Shown piece after piece: positions 63,858-64,000 of a DNA stretch of 64,000 nucleotides (within the stretch, counting starts at the first letter, position 1; each line of letters begins with the position of its first letter). The position numbers and the translations under genes are program-made. The stretch comes from Mobula hypostoma (Eukaryota). Location: assembly GCF_963921235.1 (NCBI RefSeq), contig NC_086108.1, positions 52,144,001-52,208,000 on the forward strand. The letters are read 5' to 3'. The notes beneath the pieces were generated by a model. The model had not been told where the DNA came from and did not search any database. It saw only the letters and a list, made by a program, of their open reading frames with translations.

Positions 63858-64000
63858 GTAACATCAAAAGCTGCAGTGGAATTTGTTTTAAGTACAATTT
63901 GGAGAGAGGCAGAACATTTAATTAATGCCCTAATTTGTGAAGCGTTCAAAAGAATAAAAACCTGCAGATGCAGATCAGCAGGAATCTGAAATAAAATCAA

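Noticed and set aside
1..64000. CRISPR array or prokaryotic operon/defence system
   Set aside because: Eukaryotic intron-exon DNA; no regularly spaced repeat-spacer array seen.

Overview
Vertebrate genomic DNA, most likely a cartilaginous fish (ray/shark). This is inferred from the repeat repertoire (HE1/V-like SINEs, CR1, Rex1/Babar, Penelope) and is not proven. The window holds much of PDE4DIP (myomegalin) on the + strand. A CpG-rich alternative promoter (~19.5-20.75 kb) and a 1170-nt first coding exon (21002-22171) start the short EB1-binding SMYLE/MMG8-type isoform, which can be reconstructed over 17 phase-consistent exons (~1179 aa) to a stop at 52321. An internal donor at 52241 instead splices to an exon at 63766-63857 that continues the long isoform. 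One exon has a CGG rather than CAG acceptor. The non-coding DNA is dense with transposon relics: a decayed Ty3/gypsy chromovirus with both LTRs, CR1 and Rex1 LINEs, Tc1 MITEs, a hAT/Buster element, tRNA SINEs and fold-back Penelope-like elements with minimal hammerhead motifs. The main finding is a 559-bp TSD-flanked, (CAA)n-tailed short retroelement in a PDE4DIP intron (50132-50690). Its 5' end folds by hand into a complete HDV-like self-cleaving ribozyme, in the host sense orientation, with an unusual hairpin inserted in L3. Homology calls come from recall, not database searches.
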